Below are positions 1 to 12,455 of a DNA stretch of 64,000 nucleotides, piece by piece (position 1 is the stretch's first letter; the number at the start of each line of letters is the position of its first letter). Source of the stretch: Chrysomallon squamiferum (lineage: Eukaryota > Animalia > Mollusca). The notes below the pieces were generated by a model, which worked only from the letters and a program-made list of their open reading frames with translations, searched no databases and was not told the DNA's origin. The translations under genes were made by a program, and so were the position numbers. The stretch lies in NCBI GenBank assembly GCA_012295275.1, contig CM022672.1, forward strand, positions 9,238,001-9,302,000. The letters run 5' to 3'.

Positions 1-177
1 TCTGATTATGACAGAGAAAAACATCTATTATTGAATTATATATAATAATTACAACGATGTTTTCGAAACATACCGTTAACTATTGAGGCTTTTTTTTTCT
101 CTCCTCTTTTTTCTTATACATTTTTTTCTTCATATTCTTCTTTTTCTTCTTTTAATAGTTTTATTATTAATACCATT

Positions 178-225
<48 letters not shown>

Positions 226-399
226 TTCGTCTTCATCGTCACCATCATTATTATTAAAATTTTATTATTTCTAACTCTACTCTTCTTCTTTTCTTCTTCT
301 TCTTATTATTATTCTCTCTAAATTAATTTTCTTGTTAAAAAAAAAAACATATAAAAATATAAATATATATATATATAAAATGACAGTAAAATATATTGT

Positions 400-1262
400 A
401 TAAATTACGTCTTTCGTACACACGCGTTAATTAAACAGCAATAAGAGAAGAAAACTGATACGACAGCCGAGGATCCCATTGACCGATACCGGAATAGACG
501 TTGGCCATTACACGTGATCAATGTCAAAATCAATGTGTTCTGTCGAGAGAATGATGTCCAGCAAATTGCCAGAAATGGTTCATTCTTCCGCGCCAACGAG
601 AAACAGTTTCCCGTATTTAACTTTCATTCCAACTCTGGGGAACCACAACCTTTAACTAAACCGGACTGCATACTGAGCGATTTCTTCGATTGACCGAGTT
701 ATCTCTTACAGAGAGAAAGGTTTAAGTGAGGATCTCGCCACGAAGATTGGAAAACGTCTTCTTCTTCTTTTTTTTTTTTTTTTTTTTTTTTTTGTTTTCA
801 TTTCTTTCTCTAAAGACAACGAGAGACACGAGAAACACGAGTTCGTTCGTGAAACGACATCACGTAAAAACCGATTGGGGCTATTTATATTGATTGAGCA
901 ACCTTCAAACATTTTGTCTGCAAGAATTTCCAATTTCCTTCCCTGATAACCTTGCTGGAGGGACATGATTAGATTTGCAAAGAAAAGTCTGTTTCGAGTG
1001 GGGAGAACACCTACAGATAATGCCCAGGTTGAACAAACAATTGGATTTAGTCAATCGATCGGAGCACTCGGGGCACAAATTCCATTGTAATCATATTAAT
1101 CTTCAAATTTTAAAGTGGCTGATTGATGCACATTTGACCTCGGCCCTTCCCCCATGCAGTGCGATGATGTTAAACATGCCACCCAAGGAGAGGGTCTCTG
1201 CGATTAAGGCTCAGTGTTTGTGGCGATGTTTTTCTACAATAAACGTCTATTTAATTAGGATT
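400..1262 (+). promoter_or_regulatory. Putative promoter/5'UTR island for exon A
   Basis: CpG-containing, low-repeat segment directly upstream of the ATG; TSS not identifiable. Confidence 0.4.
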
Positions 1263-1339
1263 ATGGAAACGTTTACCGTCTGGCCGACTATCGAGGAAGA
1301 GGAGGAAGGCGAAGTCTCCCAGCAAACAGAGGAGGAGAG
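1263..1339 (+). CDS. Candidate alternative first coding exon A (METFTVWPTIEEEEEGEVSQQTEEE-AG|, phase 2)
   Basis: ATG at 1263, 25 codons + 2 nt, then donor GAG|GTATGA at 1340; sharp drop to AT-rich sequence after the donor; acidic protein-like composition. The frame is open upstream to an ATG at 1020, so the N-terminus could be longer. Confidence 0.7.
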
Positions 1340-2337
1340 GTATGAAACTAATGTTAGAGTTTGTGAAATTGTTTCACTTCACCAGTCATGTTACTTTATG
1401 AATATGGTAGTTTTTTTTTTGCATTTCAATCTGATTATTTTTAATGTAACTAATTATGTTAGTGCGTGTAAATGTATGTAAATATGTGCTTATGTATTTA
1501 TTTATTAATCTATGAATGTATATGTATGTAAATATGCACTAATCTACGTATGAATCTATGTTTTTATGTAAGTACGTACGTTTGTTTACTTACTGTTTGT
1601 ATGAACATAAATACTTAAATACATATGAGATAATAGCATATTTCATTTCAGACGGTATAACATATACGTATACCTAGCTATTAAATAATTTAACGTTCCT
1701 TCACACGTGTGTGTGTGTCTGCGTAGAGTAATTACCTAACTTTAAGTTAACTGTCTGACAATAAACAGCTGATCAATATTTCAGTGAAACAAAGATGTAA
1801 TTTTCTTCTCACTGTAAACAGTTGTTTAGTTTCGTGGGAACTGAAGAACGATTATATTTTAATTCTGAATGTCAGTTTAATTCCAGTGTTTAGTAATTGG
1901 TGTGTGTCAGCATGTATTTTGTATGTGTGTGTGTGTGTCTCATTGTATGTGTTTGTTTCTGATAGTGTTTGTACGTGTCTGTGTACATGTGTCGGCGTGT
2001 ATGTTTGTGTGTTTTTATATGTGCGTGCGAACACTTTTTAACGAACTTTAGACAATTTCTTTAAGCTCTATTCTTGTGTACAAAATATGTGACTTCACTA
2101 AACACGTCTAAAAGTCATATGACGAGAAATACTATATATTTCTAATAGGTATATTAATAACTATTGTAGTCATTTAGTAATTACTTTAATATCCTATAAC
2201 TTTAAGATGTTTCCTTCTGTATATTTATATGGTATCAAAGAGATGTGTAATTAATTAATTAGTTTATTTAGCTGATTGAATCACATTACATTTTCACAGA
2301 CATTATTTTGATGACTGTTTTATTCGTGTTAGTCAAC

Positions 2338-2357
2338 ATGTCTGTCGTCAAGACAAC
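2338..2357 (+). CDS. Weak candidate first coding exon (MSVVKT-AC|, phase 2)
   Basis: caacATG context and phase 2, but the donor AAC|GTGAAT is weak and there is no clear island. Confidence 0.15.
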
Positions 2358-2517
2358 GTGAATTACTTGTTTGGTTTGACAAACATTTTCTCCAGCGTAA
2401 TTACTTTGGGAAAACGTTCGTGCAAAGAACTCCTAGAGAGGCATACCCAAATATTTATACATACCCAAATACGAAAAATAAATAATAACATGTATACACA
2501 GCAGCATATACACATAC

Positions 2518-2568
<51 letters not shown>

Positions 2569-5051
2569 TACATACATACATACATACAATCATACATTCA
2601 TACATACAAACATACATGCATACAAACATACATACATATACATACATGAATATATACATGCATACATATTCATTTTATAATTACATATAACAACATAATT
2701 ACTTGCTAAATCTTGAATGTCATGGTCATGACTTGATGTCAAACTTAAACTTTTCACTTCACCTAATATGTGACACCAACTTTTTATTATACATAATATC
2801 AAATAAAAACCTATCGCTTTGTCAACTGTAATACTTAAACAAAAGATCCCACACACAAAACATTAAGTTAACTGTTAGTATAAGCTTTACAAACATACAG
2901 TGTCAAAGTATATTTCAATCTAGAGGTTGTATATTATAACTCTTTATAATTTCACGTTATTTTAGTGAAAACAAAAAACAAACGTGTTAACCGTGTACAT
3001 ATTACGCTAACAACCGAATCGTTACAACGGGCACAAATTTTGCTATATCATCTTATCGCAGATGAAGATTATAAAACCAAGCACAGTTACGCCTTCCATT
3101 GAAACATATTTAGTAAAATGTAATACGATAAAATTGTATCATCGGTTCAGCTGTTTAAAACCATTAACTGAACTATTAATGTGCTTGAATTGTGTGACCA
3201 TAACAAGCATGCTTGAATGAAGTAGTTAAATATAATTCAGCCTCTTGACAGACGATTTAATAGAATAGCGTATCAATCATGAAACTGAAATAATTACCAA
3301 AAGATGAAACTTTATTTAATCGATATTTTCAAGCGTCATAGCCTGAATCTATTTTACATATTTTGTGACAGTTACATTGTGCATTGGTGCAGTCGTCAAT
3401 ATAATAATATCTGACATGAGCATGAAATAATTACGAAAAAATAAAACCTTTCTGTATTCATAATATATTCAGAAATGCTAATCGCAAGCATTTCTCCCAT
3501 TCTAAGAATTTAATAAAGCATCCTCTGTGCCTTGGAGCGGTCGTGGAACGTCATTAATACTTGGTCATATCCCTGTCAGAGTATAAAACTATCTCGTTAT
3601 TGGACTCTAAGTCTTCAAAATGGACCGCATTCATTGCTCCCGGTTGGTCCATTCTTGCAATGATGGGTCGGCAATTACGACATTATTGATCACCCCAGTT
3701 AACAAGCGGACGACATTGCAGAGCATTACTTATGGGAATTTAATAGAGAAATTTGTTAACTTTGGAATCCGGACTGAAATAAAAACTGTACTAGGAGATT
3801 AAGCTGAAGTTCAGACTGGGTTGTCATTGATCTAATGAAAAAACCGTCGGCAGTAACGATATGTATATAAAAAAATATATAATCCAATGAATTTATTGTG
3901 AAAGAAAAAACAAAAATGGTTAAAAGGGATGCATCTTGTAAAAGAAAAAAGAAAATAATTAACAAAATAGAAGCGAATAATTATATTGGTGTGTTAGATA
4001 TTAAATATCTATATATGTATGAATTTGTGTATGTATGTATGTATGTATGTATGTATGTATGTATGTATGTATGTATGTATATATTTATGAATGCGTGTAT
4101 GTATATGTATATGTGTGTATGTGTATGTCTACATGTATGTATGTATGAGTTTGCATGTACGTATGTATGTAATGGCATATATAAGTAATAGGTTATGTCA
4201 GATAAGTATCTACGTATATATGAAAGTTATGCTTGAAATGCATACATACATATATTTTCGTCTGTTTGTTAGCATATTTGTGTTGTTGTTGTTTTTCTTT
4301 TTTCTCTGAGTTGTTATTACCTGTTTTAATTAAGTAAAAGGGTTAAATTAACGGCATTAACATTAACTTTAACCTTCAGCTGATAGAAAAAAAAAGAAAA
4401 AAAAAAGAAAAAAAAGCTCATACTCCTAAGCCGTAAACATGTTTTCCTTCTTTATATAGATTCATAAAAACCAAACAACAAGCCTTGATCATTTCAGTTT
4501 TCCTGACTGGTAATTGTAGGTTTTCTCTTCAGAAGACAGCGATCTTGAAATGTGATTCGAAAAGGGCATCATTATCTCTTAGCATGGACACATGTCGCAT
4601 TTCTTTGAATATTTCTTGTTAACCGATAGCTGTGGTGTATTGATCAGTTATTTAAATGACATGTGCTCGTAACGTGTATAAATATGTATAAAATTACACG
4701 CTGCCAAGGCCAGAACTCTCGGCGCATTGGTCCTGTCAATTATAAATTATAACTCGATTTGAGACTGTTACTTGCAGGGAATCATATCCAAGACACGGCT
4801 AAATTCCTAAGCCGATACTGTGGTCAAAACGGCACTGTTATCACGACTGAGGGTTTCGCAAAGACGTCGTGATTACAAGCGATCAAAGAGTCCTGTCTGC
4901 ACAGATCGACACGCGTATTTGACAAGGAATGTTAGGTATTCTGTCGTGATCGCAAGAAACAGTAGAGTCCGATACCCTCTGCGGAGGTCCGAAATTCTGT
5001 CCAGGACAGGCATGCTTAAACATACTTAGAGCGTGAGATATCACCTGTAAG

Positions 5052-5058
<7 letters not shown>

Positions 5059-5142
<84 letters not shown>
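5059..5142. repeat. (AG)n microsatellite
   Basis: Directly visible. Confidence 0.95.
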
Positions 5143-5144
<2 letters not shown>

Positions 5145-5599
5145 AATCCACTTCGTAACTGAATCTATTAGCATGTTATCAGTAAAATTAACTTCTATTC
5201 AAGAAAAGTTAATTTCTGTATAATGACATCTCATAACAATAATAATAATAATAATAATTACAATAGTAATAATAATAATAACGATTAGAGAATAAACTGA
5301 ATTCCAGCAAGCTACACCTTTAATTAATTAATTAATTAATTTATTTATTACTAATTCTTAAGGGAGCGATTGTCTGTTTTTCTTTTTATTCTTATTTTAT
5401 AAAAAATATATTCATTAATTTTAATTTTTTTACTTATTTGCTAATTCCATCCTTCATTCATTCATTTATTTATTTACTTTTTCAATCCATTATTCATTCT
5501 TCTTTTTTTTTTATCAAAATAATTAAAAAATATAACAAAGACATGGTTAACTTTATTGTGGTTCAGTTTGATGTGTAAAATATTAAAATCAAACAAAAT

Positions 5600-6143
5600 T
5601 CATCAGATAATCTCGACGTTTCTACTCTTCTGAGAGCTAACGTAAACTGGCGATGTCTATGCATACAAGATGACAATCTCAGATATCTGGCCACTCTGAA
5701 TATCTCCATTTTGACCGTTTTATTTGTCAAGCCGAAAACCGCGACACTTTCCACCTGATAACATTGTGTGTAATCACATTTCCAAGTGCCATTTCCACCA
5801 GAACATTTTCTCCGAGTATGATGAATAGCATATCATTCCACGCCGCTTGCGACCATTTCTATCGGATTAACCCTATGACAATGAGTCTGTCCGTTTCCAA
5901 TTCCCTCCTCTGATAATCTTGAGGAGAGACATGATTAGATTTTGGAAGGAAACTTTGAGCAAAATACCCGAGGATAAAACAGAGATTTGGACGACTGATT
6001 GAATTATTGCAATCGATTGGACTTCTTTTCGAGATCAAGTCGCCAGATAATCGGGTTGATCCTTTGAAATTCCAAATGGATGAATATCGAGATGTTGACT
6101 CGCGGTGCCATGCAAGTCTTTTGGCTCTTGGCAATACGGCGAC
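5600..6143 (+). promoter_or_regulatory. Putative promoter/5'UTR island for exon B
   Basis: CpG-containing, repeat-free segment upstream of the ATG; contains an overlapping out-of-frame uORF (ATG 6076 to 6219). Confidence 0.4.
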
Positions 6144-6316
6144 ATGGGCGGAAAGAGAATCGTCCCCTTTAGATCCATGTGCTTTGAAGCGTGTTTCACC
6201 TTCGTTAATGAAATACTGAAACTGGTGGCATTCGCTAAAACATCTTCTGAAAAAGATCAATCGGAGGAATTCGATTTTGAATGGAGCGATGACGAGGGAG
6301 AAGAAGACATCGTACG
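6144..6316 (+). CDS. Candidate alternative first coding exon B (MGGKRIVPFRSMCFEACFTFVNEILKLVAFAKTSSEKDQSEEFDFEWSDDEGEEDIV-CG|, phase 2)
   Basis: gacATGG context at 6144 (second in-frame ATG at 6177), 57 codons + 2 nt, donor ACG|GTTAGT at 6317; lies at the 3' end of a CpG-containing island (~5600-6400). Confidence 0.7.
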
Positions 6317-6419
6317 GTTAGTGTTTTTTATGAAATAATCGCAATTAGATTCGCCAATTGGTTTCGCGATCATTGAGCTTGTCACGACACTGTTGTTATC
6401 GTGAGCAAAATAGAAGAAA

Positions 6420-7800
6420 TTTAGACACTGAAGTAATTGATCACTGATAGTCTTTCAGCTAATATCAAAATATAAAATAGTGAATGTTTCGTTCTTAGAC
6501 ACTAAATTGAATACTGAAAGTAGTTTCTTTATTTTTAAACTGCCAAATGGTGAATGATGTGTTTTTAGACAGTAAAGTAATTGGATGATAACAGCATTTT
6601 CTTTCTGTTTAAACTACAAAATAGAGACTGATGCGTTTTTAAACACTGAAGTAAATTGAATGCTGATAGCATTTTCTTTCTGTTTAAGCTACAAAATGGT
6701 GAATGATGAGTTCTTAGACACTAAACTGGAATGCTGATAACAGTTCATTATTTTTAAACTACAAAAAAGTGTATAATTCGTAATCGGGCAATGATATAAA
6801 TTTCTATAAATTGTAAAATAATGATCGGCAGAGTTTTTAACACTTAAAGAACTGAAAGCTGATAGCGTGTTCGTTAATTTTAAATTGTAGAACTGTAATT
6901 GAGAATGTCTGATGTATCCTTCGACACTAAAATAAATGAATTCTAATAGATAATAAAGTAAATAGTATACTGACAGGGTTTCCTAAATTTTAAACCGAAA
7001 AACAGTGAAATACTACGCCTGATCTATATTAAAATAAAAGTTTGTTCAAGGTGTCTTTTAATTTAAAATAGAAAAGGACCAAGAATTTATCTTCAATCAC
7101 ATTTAATCAATTTTAAAATTTAAGACAATAATCGAACTGATGCTTCGTGATCATAATTTTATTTTAGTTTCTTACGTTATTCCTTTTTGAAATAATTTTT
7201 CATTTTAAAAGCGCAATAGTCACTTGAGAATTTATGATATTTCTATGAAGTAACTACATGCTGAATTTTTAAACCGCCAAATATTAATAAATTAAGAATG
7301 CAATATAATGTCTGCCATCAGACATTAAAGTAACTGATGCTTGACTGATTTTATTGCTGACGCTTACGATTTCACAAGAAATGTATTTAGACACTAAACT
7401 ATTTGCAAACTGATACTATTTCATTACGTTTTAAACTGCAAAAAAGTTAAAAAAAAAAAAATTCTGATTTTCATTCAAACACGAAATTAATTACAGATAA
7501 CATTTCTTAAATTTAAACTGAAAAAAATAACATGAAACTGATCATGAGTGATAAAAAAACGTCCATAGATTTGGATCCAAATAATATTTCATTAATTTTT
7601 AATTTCAAAATATTCAGTGAGTAAGATCGTATGACAGGTTTTCAGCGACTAACAACCTCGGCATATGGATACCATAATATTCATAATTAATTTCAAAGTA
7701 TAAATATTAATGGCTGAAAATACTTTATTATATATATATTTTTAGACATTAAAGTAATTCCACTGCCGTCAGCTTTTGAACTGTAAAACAGACCATGGAA
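6420..7800. repeat. Degenerate ~70-75 bp tandem repeat
   Basis: Recurrent TTAGACACT(G)AA(G)TAA..TGATAGCA..TTTAAACTACAAAAT units; clearest at 6420-6780, decaying downstream. Confidence 0.75.
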
Positions 7801-8955
7801 AAATATTTATGATTTTAAACGCCGATGATTTTTATTTTAAAATAATTGTATACCGTTTTCTTTTTTATTTAAGGTATATTGACATTCAGTAATACCGTTA
7901 ATTCTGTATCATGATGTAAAACATTCAAGTATCTAAATAATTATTGGGGTTTTATAGATTTTTAAGTATTTTTTTCCCCTTTTATTAAAAAACCCAAACA
8001 TTCAAAGGAAATATTGTTTTTCTTATCCCTTTTAGTTTTGATTTTAAAAATGTCGACATAAATAAACTGATTTCTTTACTATCGTAAAACAAAAATAATG
8101 ATACTATTTACGTAATATATTCTTTATAATGTTGTAATTAGTTTGTCATAAAGTAGATGATAAACATATTATTTTGACATTATTTTGGAATCTTTCATAA
8201 TTTATAATAATTATTTCCTTTCGTGCAATACTATTTTTAAAAGGTTAAGGTTACTTTTAATAAACTGTAATTTCTAAAGAAAGTTATATATAAGTGAATA
8301 AAGCATGAACACTTAATTTTCTATTACATGAAATTAATTTTATGTTTCAATTTACCTCATCCTTATAAATTTTACATCTCTTTGTGAGAAAATCGAAGAG
8401 TAACGATTACTTAATGCCTTTGATTATATAAAATAAATAAAGACTAAATTTTGACACACATGTTTGTGTGTGTATATATATACATATAGGCAAATTTTAG
8501 GTATTGTTTATAAAATACATGCAGAATTATATAATATAAAATTCAGAAATATATAGAAAGTCATACAGTATAAAACAATAAAATCAGAAATAAGAAAGGG
8601 GTTACTTTCGTCGCAGCTTCTGCATATATATATATATTATATACATATAGATATATATATATATATATATAATAGCCATGAATTCTAATTTCATTTCAAA
8701 AGAACCTAATTATCTTAGTCTATTTTAAGCTATGTGAACATTACTTTAATAAAAAAATTTTTTTTTTTTAAAGGGAAATTAGTTAATGTCAGTGAAGAAT
8801 AAATGCTTATTTTCTGTGTTACGATGCATTATGATTTCAGTTTTTGTCTCGGAATATCATAGCTTATGTTTCTTATTTTGGCCTCACTGGCTCTTGGCAA
8901 ATCACCAGCATCGTATATTCATTTTCGCCGCTGTGTGACAGAAGCTAGACGATAA

Positions 8956-8963
8956 ATGTCAAA
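8956..8963 (+). CDS. Candidate minimal first coding exon (M-S-AA|, phase 2)
   Basis: TAA-ATG TCA AA|GTAAGC: strong intronic donor consensus, phase 2, within a small CpG-containing island (~8870-9050). Very short, so a chance match is possible. Confidence 0.4.
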
Positions 8964-9898
8964 GTAAGCCTCGTGTGATCATCATAGTTTCTTCGTCTTG
9001 AGTTTCTTAGAACTGACATTAAGTCAGATTCACGAGACGTTGTAAATAGGTGGTTGGAAAAAATGAACAAAAAAAAAAATGTATAATAAAATAAAAAAAA
9101 TAAAAAAGAAGAAGAAGAAAGAAAGGAAAGAAAGGAAAGAAAGAAAAAAAAAAAAAGAAAAATAGACAACAAAAAAGTATAGAAAAGAAAATTGAAAAAA
9201 AAAAAAAAAAAAAAAAAAAATATGTTCGGTCACCATTTGATCACGGACTGCTAATAAATATTCCAGATTTATGTCATTCGATTAATGGAGATACTGTTTT
9301 GAACTCTTTTGAAGTTGTTGTTGACTTCTCGTTTTTCTTTGGTTTTTTTAGCCCATTAGTTTATTTTCAGTTAAAAAGTTAATTAGAAAAGGGGAAAAAA
9401 AAAAACGCTAATAGATCTCCATCAAAGAGAACAGTTTTTAAAGCTAGTTCTAAGACAAAATGCTTGTTAAAACGCTTTGTTTGTTTCAGTAAGATGAGTG
9501 TGTATGTACTGCTGTGTCACATGGTTGTAAGTTGAACTTAGTATAAGATGTTATCCGTCCTCCTCGGTGAATTATGTGCGCTTTTTCCCGTTCCAGAAGG
9601 TGTACCCATTCTGTTATGCAGATTTTGACTCAAAAATATCCACATGAAATCTATAAATAGAGGAAAATAGTGAAATCAAATTATAAAAAAATTATTTATG
9701 AGCTCTATAATCTAGAATTGTGTGTATGTATATATGCATGTTGTATGTATGTGTGTATGTTTATAGGTATATATGTATGTATGTATGTATGTTTGCATTA
9801 TTCATGTGTGTATATGTATGTGTGTGTATGGGTGAACTTGCATATAAGACAAATAAGCGCTGTATTTTCAATAATTGTTGTCGTAATGCCTCCGTCTT

Positions 9899-9930
<32 letters not shown>

Positions 9931-11158
9931 CATGTGTATATCCAAGTACATAGATATTCATATGATATATGAATACATTACTTGTAATGAAAATTTCCTC
10001 ATTGTCGTACGTGACCTGACTGTTAAGTCCTTAAACAAAAGCTCTGTCATCAGGGAAAAAACAACAAAACAAACAAAAAAACACAACAACACAGAGTCAT
10101 TACAACATTAATGTTTTATACTACAAAGCAGACATGTTTGGACTGAAGATTCACCTCACCACACAGACTTTACCGAGGAAATCGCTTTGCAATGTTTGTA
10201 TTGAACAAAATAAAAAAAAAAAATTATATTGATTCACCTTTAGGAAGTACGGTCTCGAACTTATATTCATTAGTCATTTGATTGTTATCGAAAAGATTTC
10301 GGGTGACTTTTTTTTTAATTCGCTCTTTTGTTCGTTAAATAAGCAAATATCGGCTTTGTTGATCAATAGTGATTAAGTATTGTCGTCTTGGTAATTATTT
10401 TTTAAACAATAGTCAAGAATGGACTGCAAATTATGGCAGAATGTTGTTAAAATGTTTTGTATTTGCTTTAATCTAAATACTGGTGATTGCATGTACGCAC
10501 TGAAAGAGAGGAAGCATGTAGAGAGCGTGGGACCAAGAGAGAGATAGAGGTACTTTGATAGATAGCTAAACGGAGAGGTAGACAGACAGCCAAACAGACA
10601 GACAGACAGACAGACAGATAGATAGATAAATAGACAGATATATATAGATACATAGAGAGATAGATAGATAGACATATACTGATATAGTTAATAGATAGGT
10701 AGACAGATGAATACAAATCTACTTATACGAATACGTATGTACATACAGAGATATGTGCATACATACATTTATACATAAATATACGCATGGAGTCAGATAA
10801 GAATAAAAACAAAAAACCTGGAGAAATAAAAGACAGAAAAAAAGTAAAATAGATGATAACATAAGGAAGCAAAGAAATAGAATCATCGTTACTAAGGTAA
10901 AAACTGAGTAACTTGATTTATGCAAATTGTATTAAATGATTCAATTTCTGATGTATGTATTAAACAAAAAACTACTAATAATTTGTGATTTATTACAGTA
11001 AATAATTATGATTTTGTAAAATCTCTAGCAGTTGGAATAAATACATTTTGTATCAAAATTAGATGATATGTCATCGTGCCGTTTGGTAACCAGCTCATTA
11101 CTGCTAGATTGATTTCCAAATCTTTCGAAACCATATTTATTTCTGTGGAGGCCTTTGA

Positions 11159-11191
<33 letters not shown>

Positions 11192-11445
11192 AAAGGACTA
11201 TGTATATTACCAATGCTGTCATTCTTAAAACAGCAATAATCGATGACGTAATCAGCAATATTCCCATCGAAACGCAGCCCTTTGGAGTGGAAAACATGTT
11301 GCAATGAATGGATGTGAGCGTGAAACATAAATAATAATGACGTTCCCAGGATTTCATGAATTGGAGAAGCCATTACTGTACGGAATAGATGTTTTAGAAT
11401 AAAATAAATTATATAACAATAATAATGATGATAATGATGATGATG

Positions 11446-11517
<72 letters not shown>

Positions 11518-11701
11518 TGTTTGTATGTATGTATATATGTGCATATGTGAATATATATATGTTTGTATATATGCATATACATATGTACCTTTCTTTTCAT
11601 ATAAACTCAAGTTATATTATAACTGATTCCTCAGTCAATTCTGAGAAAAACGTTCTTGGGTGGGGTTTTTTGTGTTTGTGTTTCTTTCTTTCTTTCTTTT
11701 C

Positions 11702-11772
<71 letters not shown>
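11446..11772. repeat. (AAT)n at 11446-11516 and (TTA)n at 11702-11772
   Basis: Directly visible; the two tracts are mutually complementary. Confidence 0.95.
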
Positions 11773-12025
11773 ATATTATTAGTAGCCAGCTTTTAATCTG
11801 ACACAAGAATCATCATCAAATACCTGGCATTGCTTAAATTATAACAAATTCAAAATGTATCCGCGAAACTGATATTATTTTAAATTGTAGCAAGATCTGA
11901 TTACGTCCATCATACTTTCCATTCATATCACCTGACAGAAACCCATTTATTGTTTTTTTTTTCTGTGTATCTGATACTATTGTACACCTATCACTTACAC
12001 TTCTATTTTCTTTCTTTAATAACAG

Positions 12026-12039
12026 AAAAATAAAACCGA
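12026..12039 (+). other. Candidate 14-nt microexon (AAAAATAAAACCGA)
   Basis: Pyrimidine tract ttctattttctttctttaataacag| and donor CGA|GTAAGT; length 3n+2. Confidence 0.25.
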
Positions 12040-12367
12040 GTAAGTACTGATAATACTTTACGTCTAATTTCGCTGGCGGAACATGAAGAAAAATTTCTTA
12101 CACCGGCGTGGCCTTTGTTAGATCCGTCGTGTTTCTATGGCTACCTTTCCTATTTGAAACATAAGTGCGAATCGTTTCGCTAAATGTGTTTTAACACACA
12201 CTGTAATAAAATTTTATATCTGTGAACGCAGAACGCTGCATATCGCAAAGCCGTGTTCGATGCTGTTAACGCTGGAAGTCAAATCAATTCCGTCAAGCTC
12301 TGCGATATCTGTCATGCGGAATGTTATTGCCCACCTCTTTTCAGTACACCTGGATGAAGTGTAAACA

Positions 12368-12411
12368 ATGTTTACTCAGGTGTACCCTGGACACCTATTG
12401 CAACAGACCAG
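12368..12411 (+). CDS. Candidate alternative first coding exon C (MFTQVYPGHLLQQT-AG|, phase 2)
   Basis: acaATG with in-frame TAA at 12362, 14 codons + 2 nt, consensus donor CAG|GTGAGT at 12412 followed by (TA)n. An alternative phase-1 frame (ATG 12321/12354) is also open. Confidence 0.6.
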
Positions 12412-12416
12412 GTGAG

Positions 12417-12455
<39 letters not shown>

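Noticed and set aside
12345-12359. YTWMK, resembling the Hox/ParaHox YPWM hexapeptide, in the phase-1 frame of exon C
   Set aside because: No homeobox in the window, surrounding residues are not Hox-like, and the phase-2 frame has a better start context than ATG 12354 and fits the array.
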